DNA of 63,879 nt, filler included, from Octopus bimaculoides (GCF_001194135.2; 3 parts of 3 records of this genome joined end to end with filler, not necessarily neighbours in it); one strand, 5' to 3'; counted from the whole stretch's first letter, positions 13,461 through 26,979 are shown. A program made the numbers and translations. The notes: generated by a model from the sequence alone, not told the origin.

Positions 13461-13817
13461 TGGTGTCCTCCTCTTGATTATTTCTTTTACCAAGTTTCAG
13501 CTGTTGTGTGCTCCAGTTTTCTTCAGGTGCTTTGTGTTGAATTCAGTTATGGTATTTGAATTTCAAACCTAACCCTTTATTTGATCTACAAGGATACACT
13601 GTTCTCATTCTGCTCTCTGCATTTTGTGGCATTTTTTGTTTCAGTTGAATTATATGAACTGCCTTAGTGCCTTGCTTGGGACTGAACTTGGAACCTCTAG
13701 GTTATCTACTATGCTATGCCTGATACAACAACCGAGTTCAACACAAGACACCTGAAGAAGGCTGGAGCACACAGCAGTCAGGATGTAGTGAAAGCAACAA
13801 TCAAGATGTGGACACCA
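13461..13817. repeat. Inverted pair of Penelope-like terminal-repeat fragments
   Basis: Arms 13461-13548 and 13730-13817 are about 77% identical by hand count; each contains CAC-CTGAAGA-A and is homologous to 44925-45065. Confidence 0.7.
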
Positions 13818-13957
13818 ATATGAATGTTATAAACAGTAAACATGATAGAAATTCATCATCCCAGCAATATAGAATTGCACTTCCTCATGTCAAATAGTTT
13901 ACAGTGTGTGCTGGGTGGTTTTTATTTCCACTAGCACTAGTAAGACCNNNNNNNNNN

Positions 13958-14286
13958 GATCGCGGTTTCGATTCCCAGACTGGGCGTTGTGAGTGTTTAT
14001 TGAGCGAAAACACCTACAGCTCCACAAGGCTCCGGCAGGGGATGGTGGCGAACCCTGCTGTACTCTTCCACCACACCTTTCTCGTACTTCTTGTTTCTGC
14101 TGTGCCTGTAATTCAAAGGGCCAGCCTTGTCACACTGTGTCACGCTGAATATCCCCGAGAACTATGTTAAGGGTACACGTGTCTGTGGATTGCTCAGCCA
14201 CTTGCACGTTAATTTCACGAGCAAGCTGTTCTGTTGATCGGATCGACTGGAACCCTTGACGTTGTAAGCGACGGAGTGCCAACAAC
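13958..14286 (+). mobile_element. tRNA-derived SINE (same family as 35155-35527)
   Basis: Colinear homology; the 5' end is lost in a 10-N gap. Confidence 0.85.
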
Positions 14287-16420
14287 AGGTAAGACCATCA
14301 TGCTCAAAAATGCAGTCAGAAAATGTTAGTTAACTTACAAACAAGAAATTTTGTTTTATGATCACACGTATCACTTAGTTATTTTATCATGTAGTAAAAT
14401 TCAAACTGTTCCATGGCAAATCATGTAACGGGCATAACACCACATGACTCTTGTTTCCTCTGCCTGCACCTCACTTTGGTTCTTCATTCTCCTTTGTTCA
14501 ATGAATGACCATACATGTTCTCTTTGTTATGAAGTTTTCACATTTGTAGATGCATTAAGAAATTGGCTAGAATTCATGCGATGCACCCAGATTCTAGCAC
14601 CTCAGGTGAATACCTAGTTTGACTGGATGTAGCACCAGCTCTGACAATAGCTTTCTAAGCTGCTGGACATAGATATGCTGTCCTGCTTTTTGTAGAATTA
14701 GTTGACCACAAGTGGACTGTTTTCATATATTAACCTAATTTTTTAAAAACTAGCAGCTGTGCATTATCTTTTTCTTACTTCACACCTGGGAGTCCTGTCA
14801 TGGTAAATTACAAAGCAAGCATTATTCCACTAGATTGGCTTATTTGATATTGGCTTCTGTTTTAAATGGATTTGATTTATCCTCATGCTGAAACAGAACA
14901 GCCGGTGTCTTTGGTTCACATGTTTCATTGGTTGAAATCTTATAGTGGTCGTTATGTGAAATACTCAGCCTAACTTCTTTGGTTATTTAAAAACTAAGCT
15001 TTATGGATCTGGTTCAGTTGGGGCAGTTTTTTAAGATTTGTTTTGTCCAAGTACCATGGTAAAGTAGCAGTGTGGCACTACAACATAGAGGGATAGTGGT
15101 ATTTTGGTATAAGGCCACTGTCATATAGGGTAAGAGCAAAATGAAACTAGCATTAGCTTATCACACTCTTTCTCACGGAACCCCAAGGAACCTTTCATAG
15201 AACCCTGGTTGAGAAACATTAGTCTCGATCATCAGGTTTCAGAAAGTCAATGTTGTTTTAGTCAATCAAATCAACCCCTAAGCAACAGGGATGTGAACAA
15301 ACCTACAACAGTTGTCAAGCAGTGAGAAACAGACACGAAGACACACACACACACACACTCACACACATGCTCAAACATGCACAAACACACACACACCACA
15401 CGCGCGCATGCACACATACACACACACACACACAGACACACACACACACATGTATACACACAATTTCTACCTGCCAAATTCACTCAGGAGACATTGGTCA
15501 GCTCAAGACACACTTACCAAAGGTGCTACACAGAGGGACTTAAACGCAAAATTTTGTGGTTCCAGAACAAACTTCTTAATTAGACATACATGTTTGCATC
15601 TATTTACCATTATTTCTCACAGAACCCCAAGTAACCTCTTAGAGAAACCCAGTTAGGAAACACTGATCTAAGATCTGGTTTCTGTTATAAACTGTGAGCT
15701 TTTGGCTGATCCCACAGGAAATTCATCATGTACAGACTCTGCGATGAGGTGAATAGCTATTTCCTGAGTTATCAAGGATTTCTATTAGTTTTCATAAATA
15801 AGAAGGGGAAATGCATTTGTTTCTGTTTAGAAGTGAGAAAAATTAAAAGCAAATATTTCTAGTCATGCAGAGAAATATATGTTTTAGGAGTTTAACATGT
15901 TTTAGGGGTTAAAGAAAATTCTCTTTTGATTAAAAGCAAAAATATTTTGTTGTCAATAGTTGAAATATCTGATAAATGTGTGGCTGTTAGAAATGTTAAA
16001 CATTGAGTTTTAATTGATTATTTTTTAAACTAATTATTTAATCATTGATTTATAATTTTATTTATTTCTTTAATATCATTAGTATGTTCAACTTGGAGAT
16101 GTACAAGTTTTGTAAGTTGTTGGTGTATCAAATAGACTTACACTGAATGAAAAATTTCAGTAAACTTGTTTACTGATGCAAATAATTATGTGAACAGTTC
16201 ACTGGAAGTACCACATAAGTTATGTTACCTAGTGACCTAATTAGTGTTGGGGGTTGGAATGAGGGATAGCATTAAAAAAATATATATATATCAAGTGGGT
16301 GGAAGAATTTTTAGTGATATGTTATTACATTTAGTGACAAAAAAAAAGGGAATTTTTACACTTCATATAAGAGTTAGAGTGCATGATTTGTTATAAAGAT
16401 ATGCATTGCTGTGTTGTGAA

Positions 16421-18094
16421 ATATAGTTAGTAATCTTGCAGTGATTGGAATAACATGAGGTCAGTGTTGTCTGTTGGACATACAATATGAACTTGTGAAA
16501 CCTATTGAAAGTAAAGGGGTGGAGAAACATGTGTATTATAAGCATACTTGCTAATTGTAAGGAAGTCAATCGGTATGTACAGGTGGTGGTAAGAGATTAT
16601 TCACCTGAAAACTAAGCACTGTCTTTGGCCATCAACATCTATTGTCACTCATAGACAAATCCACACAGCTTTCTCCATCTGAGAACACCTGTGAGAGGCC
16701 TTTATGTGAGTCAATGAAGATGACCTCTATGTAGTTGTTTAACCTGCAAGAAATAGCAGGCAAATCTCACTCTGTTTTGAGCAGGGAAAACACATTGGAT
16801 AATTAATGTAGTAATAGATACACTAAATGTGCACAAAGACTGCTGATGAAATACCTTTCGTCATAGTTTGGCTATATCAGGGCTGACCTCTGCCTAAATA
16901 ATTCTTCTTAATTTTGGCACATGGCCAGCATTTTAAAGGGAAGGGCAAGTTAATAACATTGACCCCAGTGATTCTCAACCAAGGTCCACACAGCCCCTGA
17001 GGGTCCATATAAGATCTTCAGGGCCCATGCAAGAAAATAGTAAATTGAGGATTCACAATGGTATTTTAAGGACCCCTGAAAAAATTTTGCTTTAGATATA
17101 TGTATCGCTATGTTTTACAAGAAACACTTAGATTTCTTTCTCAAACAGTTTACATAATTCAAACTACACAAGGGAATGTGTGCAAAACAAAATAGGGATT
17201 TTGAAGGAAGTTTCAGTAAAACTAGTTTTTAAATATCAAATGGCTAGGGGTGGGGAGGCTCCAGAATGAAATGGCAATCAAAAGAGTCCATGAATAAAAA
17301 ATGGCTGAGAACTCCTCACCTAAATAATGACAACAGCACCATAATTTAGAAGATAAGATGGAGTGACCATGATTGCAACGCCTTTGACCATAAGGTCTGC
17401 CCAATCATGACTTATCTGGAGCTAAGCAACAACTTCTACAACATTGAGCCAATGGCAAAGGGGTGCTGACCACATAGGGTAGCTACTTAATATATGTGTG
17501 TGTTGTGTCGACGCCCCCAAGCGAAGAAGTAGGATCACCCAAAACATAAATAGAGGTAGTCTAGCCGTGGTAGAGGAGTTGAGTAGCTCTTGAGTAGCAG
17601 TCGAGTAGCGATCATCCGAAAGTGCTAGGTAGCAGTAGCTTGAGACATAACAGTATGTTTGCTGTAGTTGAAAGCATGTTACATTTAAGGAAGAGGGCAA
17701 CAAAATTTGGCTGCCATTCAGGGAGCTAAAACTCATGCTCTGTCAATACATTCTGCACACTAAAGTTCTTTTCTGAAACAAAGGGGTCCACAAAGAAGGG
17801 CTTAGCTTCAGTTTTCCTAACCATAAATAGATGAGAGATAAATTCCACTAGATATCTTTTATGTTTTTACTTGTTTCAGTCATTGGACCGTGGCCATGCT
17901 ACGACATCACCTAGAAGGATATTTTTGTCAAACTGATTACTCTCAGTTCTTATTTTAAGGTTTCTAAGTTCAGTACTTATTCTATCAGTGTCTTTTCCCA
18001 AACTGCTAAGTTACAGGGACATATAAAAGCAAGCCAACATGGGAACAAACACATTCACAAAGACACACACACACACACAAACACACACACGCAT

Positions 18095-18129
<35 letters not shown>

Positions 18130-18252
18130 TGCACAAACACACATATATACATACATATAGTTAGTAATCTTGCAGTGGTTGGAATAATGTGAGGTCAGTG
18201 TTGTCTGTTGGATACACAATATGAACATGTGAAACATATTGAAAGTAAAAGG
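16421..18252 (+). repeat. About 97-bp local duplication (16421-16517 and 18155-18252)
   Basis: atatagttagtaatcttgcagtg...gaggtcagtgttgtctgttgga...attgaaagtaaa is present twice. Confidence 0.85.
17501..17652. mobile_element. Solo-LTR-like element
   Basis: TGTTGTG...ATAACA termini; 5-bp flanks GTGTG/GTATG. Confidence 0.55.
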
Positions 18253-18349
18253 TTACCTATGCCTTGTATTGACTTGCCCCTCCCCTACATACGTAGGCTA
18301 TGTCATGTTTCTGTGGAAGACATTACACGTGATTAGCAGCTGTCCTAAA

Positions 18350-18862
18350 ATGTCATGACAATACTACCTCCCTATGCGGCACGATGTTGCTGCTAAAACA
18401 ATTTACAATGCCATCCGCAAAAAAGACTGTCCTGAAATAAACTTATAAAATTCCTCTGTTATGGAATAAACACCAACTCAAGGAATACTGGTAGAATATT
18501 CCCATCAATACTTCTCTCAAATGTAAGCATAACAGGCTGGATATTGTTGTTTGGGACAGAAGGGCAAAGGTATGTACCATCATAGAGGTTAGCTGCCCTG
18601 CAGATATAAATATCTCTTTGAAAGTCAAAGAAAAGGAGGATATCTATGAGAAAACCTCCAGCTTCTATATCCAGACTATGAATTCATATTCATAACAATA
18701 ATAATCGGAGCACTAGGTTTCGTTAGTAAATGCTTAAAGGAGAATCTGGATAAACTGGGATTTTCAGAAAGAGAAATTGACCGGCTGATTCGTACATTAC
18801 AAGTTCAATCTGTGAGTGGAACAGTAAAAGTATGCAAGACTTTTCTCAAGTTCCAAATGTGA
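18350..18862 (+). mobile_element. RLE-type (R4/NeSL-like) LINE 3' fragment
   Basis: RHDVAAKTIY...HNRLDIVVWD..CTIIEVSCP.D.N...K.KEK..Y...LG...KTFLKF* gives the Zn-knuckle RHD and PD-(D/E)xK endonuclease motifs. Confidence 0.75.
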
Positions 18863-19673
18863 ATTTGTCTGTGTTAACTACATCCCAAAGATGGAGCCTT
18901 GTATCTTTGTTGGAAACTGGTTCCCTCCTCAGGGGAATATTTATGACAATTAAAAAATAGAAGAGACATACATATATGTATATACACAATGAGCTTTTAC
19001 AAAGTTTCCATTTACCAAACTCACTTACAAGGTATTGGTCAGCTGGGGACTGTAGTAGAAGACACTTACACAAGGTGCCATGTAATGGGATTGAACCCAA
19101 AACCTTGTGGTTGCAAAGTGAGCTACTTAACTACGCAGCCATACCCAATATCAATCTAACATAAATAGATTTTTTTCTACAAAAGCAGCTGATATATCAT
19201 TACATACCAAGAAAACTATTTAATTTCATAAAGTTATTGCTGCTTACAATGGTTCCAAGTTACTCATGCAGAAAAGAGAATATTTATCTGATCGCATAAA
19301 CTGCTAAAAATAGAAGTTGAAAAGACACCTTTTGTCTTAAAAGAAGTACACAACGGATAATGTGGTCATACATGAACTATGATTGAATAAAGGGTGAAAT
19401 GGTCAAAGCTGGAATGCCTTTGAAGATAAGTCCTCTCGATCCAGGCTGACCCAGGGCTAAACAACAACATAGGATCTTAGAGCTAAGAGGATTAGACCAT
19501 TAGGAGTTAAGTGTTTTACCGGTGATGCCATACAATACCAATGAGAGAATACATAAACAGCTGATTGTCCGGTGCCTTATTGGTTCAACACACAACACAC
19601 TCAATCAGACAAAAGCAGACTTCTTAAATCTTGAAGGAATTTTCTGACACACAGTTTTGCCAGGCATATTTAA

Positions 19674-19893
19674 CCCTTTAGTGTTTAAACCGGCTGTATC
19701 CGGCCCAAATATTCTACATATTTTATGCTCAAACTGGCCAGAACCAGCATCTCACACCTACCCTACAATGTCATTCTAAAAGTAAGCAATTACATCTTTC
19801 CTATCTTGAAGCTACAAAATAATATCAGATAATTTTTTTTAAATGTGAATAAATAAGGATTACTTTTGACAAATTAATCTAAACGCTAGAGGG
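19674..19893. mobile_element. piggyBac-like MITE
   Basis: TTAA-CCCTTTAG ... CTAGAGGG-TTAA; 220 bp; homologous to 3800-4154. Confidence 0.75.
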
Positions 19894-21449
19894 TTAATAA
19901 GGGGTCTCAGACTCCTAAGAATTGTCTGAACAGACTCTAAGAACACACTAAAAGCAAAAAATAGTTTTTGTTACAGCTGACCAGCCATTTTACAACTAAC
20001 CACTCAACCACAAAGTAAGAGAATTTTTATTTCTCATTTACTCAGGCAAACTAGAATGAGTAATGTTATGTGTTTAAGAAAACAGATCACCATTGGTTTA
20101 AATGATGAGTAATAGACAGATGTCAGTTGAACAAATTGTTTTTTNNNNNNNNNNCAGATGTCAGTTGAACAAATTGTTTTTTTTTTACAGTTGGATACCC
20201 ATCTTACAACAAACCACTCAACCATGAAGTTGGTTCTATTTTTCATTTACTCAGGTAAACTAGAACAAGCAGTATTATGTGGTTTAATAGTGGGCCTGAC
20301 ACTATAAGTGAAGATATTTGACCAAGGTACTGCACAATGGAACTGAACCTAAAACCATGTGGCTGGGAAGCAATAAACAATGTGTGTGTGTGTGTGTGTG
20401 TGTGTGTCTGTGGAGGCGCAATGGCCCAGTGGTTAGGGCAGCAGACTCACGGTCATAGGATTGCGGTTTCGATTCCCAGACCGGGCGTTGTGAGTGTTTA
20501 TTGAGCAAAAACACCTAAAGNNNNNNNNNNNNNNNNNNNNNNNNNNNNNNNNNNNNNNNNNNNNNNNNNNNNNNNNNNNNNNNNNNNNNNNNNNNNNNNN
20601 NNNNNNNNNNNNNNNNNNNNNNNNNNNNNNNNNNNNNNNNNNNNNNNNNNNNNNNNNNNNNNNNNNNNNNNNNNNNNNNNNNNNNNNNNNNNNNNNNNNN
20701 NNNNNNNNNNNNNNNNNNNNNNNNNNNNNNNNNNNNNNNNNNNNNNNNNNNNNNNNNNNNNNNNNNNNNNNNNNNNNNNNNNNNNNNNNNNNNNNNNNNN
20801 NNNNNNNNNNNNNNNNNNNNNNNNNNNNNNNNNNNNNNNNNNNNNNNNNNNNNNNNNNNNNNNNNNNNNNNNNNNNNNNNNNNNNNNNNNNNNNNNNNNN
20901 NNNNNNNNNNNNNNNNNNNNNNNNNNNNNNNNNNNNNNNNNNNNNNNNNNNNNNNNNNNNNNNNNNNNNNNNNNNNNNNNNNNNNNNNNNNNNNNNNNNN
21001 NNNNNNNNNNNNNNNNNNNNNNNNNNNNNNNNNNNNNNNNNNNNNNNNNNNNNNNNNNNNNNNNNNNNNNNNNNNNNNNNNNNNNNNNNNNNNNNNNNNN
21101 NNNNNNNNNNNNNNNNNNNNNNNNNNNNNNNNNNNNNNNNNNNNNNNNNNNNNNNNNNNNNNNNNNNNNNNNNNNNNNNNNNNNNNNNNNNNNNNNNNNN
21201 NNNNNNNNNNNNNNNNNNNNNNNNNNNNNNNNNNNNNNNNNNNNNNNNNNNNNNNNNNNNNNNNNNNNNNNNNCACAAGATTTTTTCTGTTTTTCATTAT
21301 AATATGTATATATAAATGCATTTGAAAAAATTAATAGAAATGGATTTTCTGATAATTTTCCCACTTTAATAATTAGATGTTTATAGAAAACTCATTTCTA
21401 TTCATTTTTTTTTCAAATACATAATACTTTTCAAATATATATATATATA

Positions 21450-21480
<31 letters not shown>

Positions 21481-22346
21481 GCACATACACACACACACAC
21501 ACACACACAGAGTTTCCATTGTCTAGGTGAAGGAATTAATAATGAAGGAATGAGTTCCAAATGTAGAGCAGCCAGAGTAAGAAAAGAAAGGGTGCAAAAC
21601 CTTTTGGGGGCAGTATTAAATCTGCTGCCAACAAAGTCATTCATACTTTATATACTGAGAGTATATCATATGATACTCGCATACAAAATGCAATGCTGCA
21701 TGGTAAGAAAAAAAACATGGAGATTGAATGCAGGGAATGCATGGAGGAGGGGACAGAAATGAGCTGTGAGAAAAACTGGATAGAAGACTTATCAGATGTA
21801 AGGAGCCAGAGAAAAGACTGAGCTGCTAATCGTCGTCATCATCCATATCATCATCATCACCATCATCATTTAATGTCTGTTTTCCATGCTGGCATGGTTA
21901 GACAGCTTGATAGGAGCTGGCAAAGTCAGAGGCTGCGCCAGATTCCATAGTCTACTTTTGCTTGGTTCCTATGGCTGGATGCCCTTCCTAATGCCAACCA
22001 TTATACAGAGTGTACTGGGTGCTTTTTATGTGGTACCATCACCAGAGCTTTTTACTTGGCACCATCACCAGTGTTTTTTTTACTTGACCCCATCACCAGT
22101 ACTTTTTATGTGGCACCAGCACCTGTGCTTTTTATGTGGCAAAAAGTGCCAAGCAATTGAAGCAGATGGAACCTGTAGAAGATATAGACAGGCCAAGAAA
22201 GACATAGGAAGTAGCGAAGTTGATCTCAAGAGTTTGAAACACACAAACAAAAGAGAGGATAAAGAACTTCAACATGCTGAGGTGCTGTGATGGAGAAGGT
22301 CCTTCCTACCTGTTCAAATATTGAAAAAAAAACCCAGATGTAAAAC

Positions 22347-22596
22347 AATGATGATGATGGTGATGATGTTGATGATGATGATCACATTGGTGGTGGTGGT
22401 AATGATGATGGTGTTTATGATGATGATGACGATGATGATGATGATGATGATGACGATGACGACGACAACAACGATGATGACGATGATTATAATGATGAAG
22501 ATGATACTAATGATGACAATGACAACGATGACGATAATAACGATGATGATGACGATGACGAGGAGGAGGAGGAAGACGAGGAAGACGAGGAGGAGG
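22347..22596. repeat. (GAT/GAC/GAG)n compound microsatellite
   Basis: Direct reading. Confidence 0.9.
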
Positions 22597-22701
22597 NNNN
22601 NNNNNNNNNNNNNNNNNNNNNNNNNNNNNNNNNNNNNNNNTTAATTAATTAANNNNNNNNNNNNNNNNNNNNNNNNNNNNNNNNNNNNNNNNNNNNGCGC
22701 G

Positions 22702-22734
<33 letters not shown>

Positions 22735-22775
22735 TGTGTGTATGTATACATATATATATGTATGTATATATATGC

Positions 22776-22819
<44 letters not shown>

Positions 22820-23176
22820 GTGTATGCATGATGCATGGATAAATATTCTCTCGCTCTCTCTCTCTTTCTCTCTGTGTTTGTATATATATATATATATATA
22901 TATATGTACGTGTATGCTTGTGTGTCTGTCCCACCGCCATCACTTGACAACCGTTGTTGGTGTGCTGTTTACGTCCCTTTAACTTAGCGGTTCGGCAAAA
23001 GATACTGATAGTATAAGTAGCAGGCATACAAAGAATAAGTCGATTAGTTCGACTAAAGGCGGTGCTCCAGCATGGCTGCAATCAAATGACTGAAAAAAAT
23101 AAAAGAATAAAAGAATGTGTGTATGTGTGTGCGTGTGTGTGTGTGAATCTGTACAGCTTTTCATTGGAACGGGCTA

Positions 23177-24461
23177 CAAGGGCTGGATAAAATAATGGAA
23201 ATACCTTAAAATTTCAAACAAAATTATTTTAATCCGGAGTTGGACCACCTTTGGCATTAATTACAGTTTCAATTCTATGAGGCATGGACTCGTACAAAGC
23301 TTGAATTGTTTCCAAAGGATTTTTTGTCCATTCTTCAGCTAAAACAGTCTCCAGTTTTTGTAGTGATGAAGGTGGAGGATATCGACCCCTTAATTGTTTT
23401 TTTCTAAAATGCACCATAAATGTTCAATAATATTGAAATCTGTGGACTGTGCAGGCCAGATAATATGTTCAACTTCACTAAAATGTTCCTCGTGCCCTTC
23501 AGTAACAACTTTAGCTGAGTGAATTGGTGCATTACCACCATAAAAGATTGTGTTACTCTCCGGAAACAGTTCGCAACCATAAAATGAATTTGATAAGATA
23601 AGATGCTTAAATAGTCTTGACTATTAATTCTACCATGAAGGGAAACCATTGGTCCGGAGTATTTCCAATATATAACCCACCACCAGATCATCACAGATCT
23701 TCCTCTATGTTTAACAGTTGGAAGGATGCAGTCTGGGTCAAATGCGTCTTTTGGCTGTCGCCACACGTATATTCGGCTGGTGGTCGGAAATAAAGTAAAG
23801 GATGACTCGTCCGAGAAATTAACTTCCTTCCACATTCTTCCTGGATTCAATTCTGTAGGTTTTTATTCCACTCTAAACGCTTTGCAACGTTTCTATTTGA
23901 AAATAGTGGTTTCTTGATTGCAGCCCTCCCATGAAATCCGGCTTTGTGCAGCTCCCGGCGAACACTTTTTGTGGAAAGTGGGTTCTCGAGGTGGTCATTA
24001 AGCTCATCAGTAATTTTAGGAGCTGTACTTTTGTGATCCTTTCTAACAACTCGCGTAAGAGTCCGACGGTTCCTATCTGAAAGCTTTGGTTTTCTTCTGG
24101 TGTTTTGTTTCGACGAGGAGGTTTTTCCCTCTTTCTCAAAGGCTGTCATTACTTTCGAGACAGTACTTCTTGATGCACCAAACATTTCGGGTGTTTTCTT
24201 TACGCTAGCGCCTACCATATGATCACCAACAATATGACCTCTTTGAAAGTTCGTTAGACCTGTCATTTTAATGAATTTTAATTACCTTTTTCTGATGATA
24301 TCTAAAAAGAAACAGCAATGTTAGCAAAACGTATTAAGTAACACTAATAAGAAATAAAATAAAAAAAACATTAAAATAAACAAGCCTTTGACGGTTTTAT
24401 AGATATTTCAAAATTATGATATTATGATGCTAGATGTTTCCATCATTTTGTCCAACCCATG
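23177..24461 (-). mobile_element. Full-length decayed Tc1-family DNA transposon
   Basis: TA dinucleotides at 23175-76 and 24462-63. Imperfect terminal inverted repeats (tacaagggctggataaaataatggaaatacc vs tacatgggttggacaaaatgatggaaacatc, 25/31 including the TA). Transposase split across ORFs 23847-24266 (HTH), 23404-23850 (FSDES) and 23229-23417, with WPAQSTDFNIIEHLW in a shifted frame. Confidence 0.92.
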
Positions 24462-24919
24462 TAGAAGTTTATGGTTAAACAGAATCTGTTCGAGGTGAAG
24501 TCATCTGATTTTATCAAGGATTTTGTTTTAACTTCGCTTATTTAATTTCCTTTTAGTTTTGAAAAATAACACACCAAAGTCCATCGTTTTACTAGACCTG
24601 CTTAGTTTCATAATTCTTTTCAAATTCATTACCTTTACGGCTATCGGTAATTGTTTTTTACCCATGCTGGTGTACCAACTTCAACCCTACTGCATGCTTC
24701 ATTCTGGTATACAATTCACTACACGTATTTCTTACGTAGTCGCAACTTTCTCAATTTTAAACGGAAACACAATATATTGCACAATGCTGGTTATTAGAAA
24801 GGTTCTAACATACAGAAGAAATGATTTGTAGAAAAGATAAAGAGATTTACTGCGTGAACATACCAGAGAACGGCCATGCAACAATTTATTTTATCTATAG
24901 ACAGGCATCAGATGAAATT

Positions 24920-25133
24920 CGTTTCTAATCTAGGCACAATGCCCGAAATTTTGGGGGAGTGGGGGCAGTCGATTAGATCGACGCTAGTACGCAACTGTAC
25001 TTTATTTATCTGCCCCGAAAGGATGAAATGCAAAGTCGGCCTCGGCGGAATTTGAACTCAGAACGTAAAGACAGGCGAAATACGGCTAAGCATTTCGCCC
25101 GGCGTGCTAACGTTTCTGCCAGCTCGCCGCCTT
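24920..25133 (-). mobile_element. tRNA-derived SINE (AAGGCGGCGAGCTGGCAGAAACG head family)
   Basis: 17-bp TSD AGGCATCA(G/A)ATGAAATT at 24903-24919 and 25134-25150; other copies at about 9901-10130, 11225-11355, 25265-25430, 45780-45905, 48660-48785. Confidence 0.88.
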
Positions 25134-26384
25134 AGGCATCAAATGAAATTGACTAACGCGTAAAATTTTTGCTAGAGATGCATTCCTGGTGGATCGTTGT
25201 GATACAGGTTGCGTTTCGGGTTGTTTAAAGAAGCCATTATGCTAATAATATTCTTAATAAATTACGGCGGCGAGTTGATAGAGACGTTAGTACGCGGGGC
25301 GAAATGCTTAGCAGTATTTTGTCTGTCTTTACGTCCTGAGCTCAAACTCCGCTGAACTCGACTTTGCCTTTCATCCCTTCAGGGTCGATGAATTAAGTAC
25401 AAGTTGCGTACTGAGGTCGATCTACACACAAAAAAAAGAAGAAAATTGGGCCTTTTGCCAGGAGCAGACAACATTATTCGTAATAAATTCACTATTGACT
25501 AAAATGCTACTGTTTGACATTCAGATTACCTTGATTTGTGAAAACAACGAAAATATATTTGACGATGAAAATTAGAATATTCTGCGCTCTGATTACTACA
25601 TTGTGAACGTGTCATGATTATTTACCTATAATACACACACACACACATACGCTCACACACACACACGCACACACACACACGCACACATACACACATATGT
25701 GTGTGTGTGTATTTCTTGCCACTTCAACATGGCTGTTCCGTACGAGACGACGTTACTGTTCTTTTTTAAGCCTATAAGAAAACCTTCTGTAGCTGGTTAA
25801 TGACACAACCTGTGTCCTATACATTACAAGTAGGGGAGCAAATCCCTGCCATCTAGTGATTTTACACTTTCAATAGACCAGCCTGCTTTCAATGTATTTT
25901 CCCTTCCTTAGTTTAGGATATCTGTCCGCTAGAGATAGGTGTCGTTCACCCTAACTCGCTATATATATATATATATATATATATATATNNNNNNNNNNNN
26001 NNNNNNNNNNNNNNNNNNNNNNNNNNNNNNNNNNNNNNNNNNNNNNNNNNNNNNNNNNNNNNNNNNNNNNNNNNNNNNNNNNNNNNNNNNNNNNNNNNNN
26101 NNNNNNNNNNNNNNNNNNNNNNNNNNNNNNNNNNNNNNNNNNNNNNNNNNNNNNNNNNNNNNNNNNNNNNNNNNNNNNNNNNNNNNNNNNNNNNNNNNNN
26201 NNNNNNNNNNNNNNNNNNNNNNNNNNNNNNNNNNNNNNNNNNNNNNNNNNNNNNNNNNNNNNNNNNNNNNNNNNNNNNNNNNNNNNNNNNNNNNNNNNNN
26301 NNNNNNNNNNNNNNNNNNNNNNNNNNNNNNNNNNNNNNNNNNNNNNNNNNNNNNNNNNNNNNNNNNNNNNNNNNNNNNNNNNNN

Positions 26385-26421
<37 letters not shown>

Positions 26422-26764
26422 AGTCATCCAATAAATAATGCGTTTGTTTATAATTCTATTCTTCTGAATTATGATAAACAAATTTCTTTTTAAATCTAAA
26501 ATATACTCTCCTTTCTCCTATCTAGTAGTTTTGCAGGAACCCTCTTAAAAAATTCACTTGCCCGGGTCGAAAATACTCCTCCGATATTGTTGTGACCTCG
26601 TCTAAAGAAATCATATTTTTCCCGTCCAACTGATTTTAAAGACTGCGGAATAAATGATAATTAGATGGGGCAATATCCGGCGAATAGTGTAGGTGGGACA
26701 TTGTTACTTTTTTTTGTTGATTCTAACTGTATTGGCTCTGTAAACTATATATATATATATGAAT

Positions 26765-26918
26765 AGCAGTGTGGTAAGAAGCTTACTTCCCAACCACGTG
26801 GTTCCGGGTACAGGCCCACTACGTGGCATCTTGGGCAAATGTCTTCTACTATAACTTCGTGCCAACCAAAACCTTTTGAGTGGATTTAGTAGACGTAAAC
26901 TGAAAGAAGCCCGTCGTA

Positions 26919-26949
<31 letters not shown>

Positions 26950-26979
26950 TTGTGTGTCTATCTATCTATCTATCTATTT
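26765..26979 (+). mobile_element. CORE-type SINE 5' half plus (TCTA)n, joined directly to the TLR fragment
   Basis: Homology to 2926-3336; the 3' half is missing. Confidence 0.8.

Noticed and set aside
20117-20182. 28-bp direct repeat around a 10-N gap
   Set aside because: Typical unmerged contig overlap.
20411-20490. tRNA-like sequence with A and B boxes
   Set aside because: No complete cloverleaf, and it continues into the SINE body seen at 13958 and 35155.
22641-22652. TTAATTAATTAA island between N-runs (also 51818-51829)
   Set aside because: Identical 12-mer with stops in all six frames, bounded by Ns on both sides: an assembly spacer, not biology.
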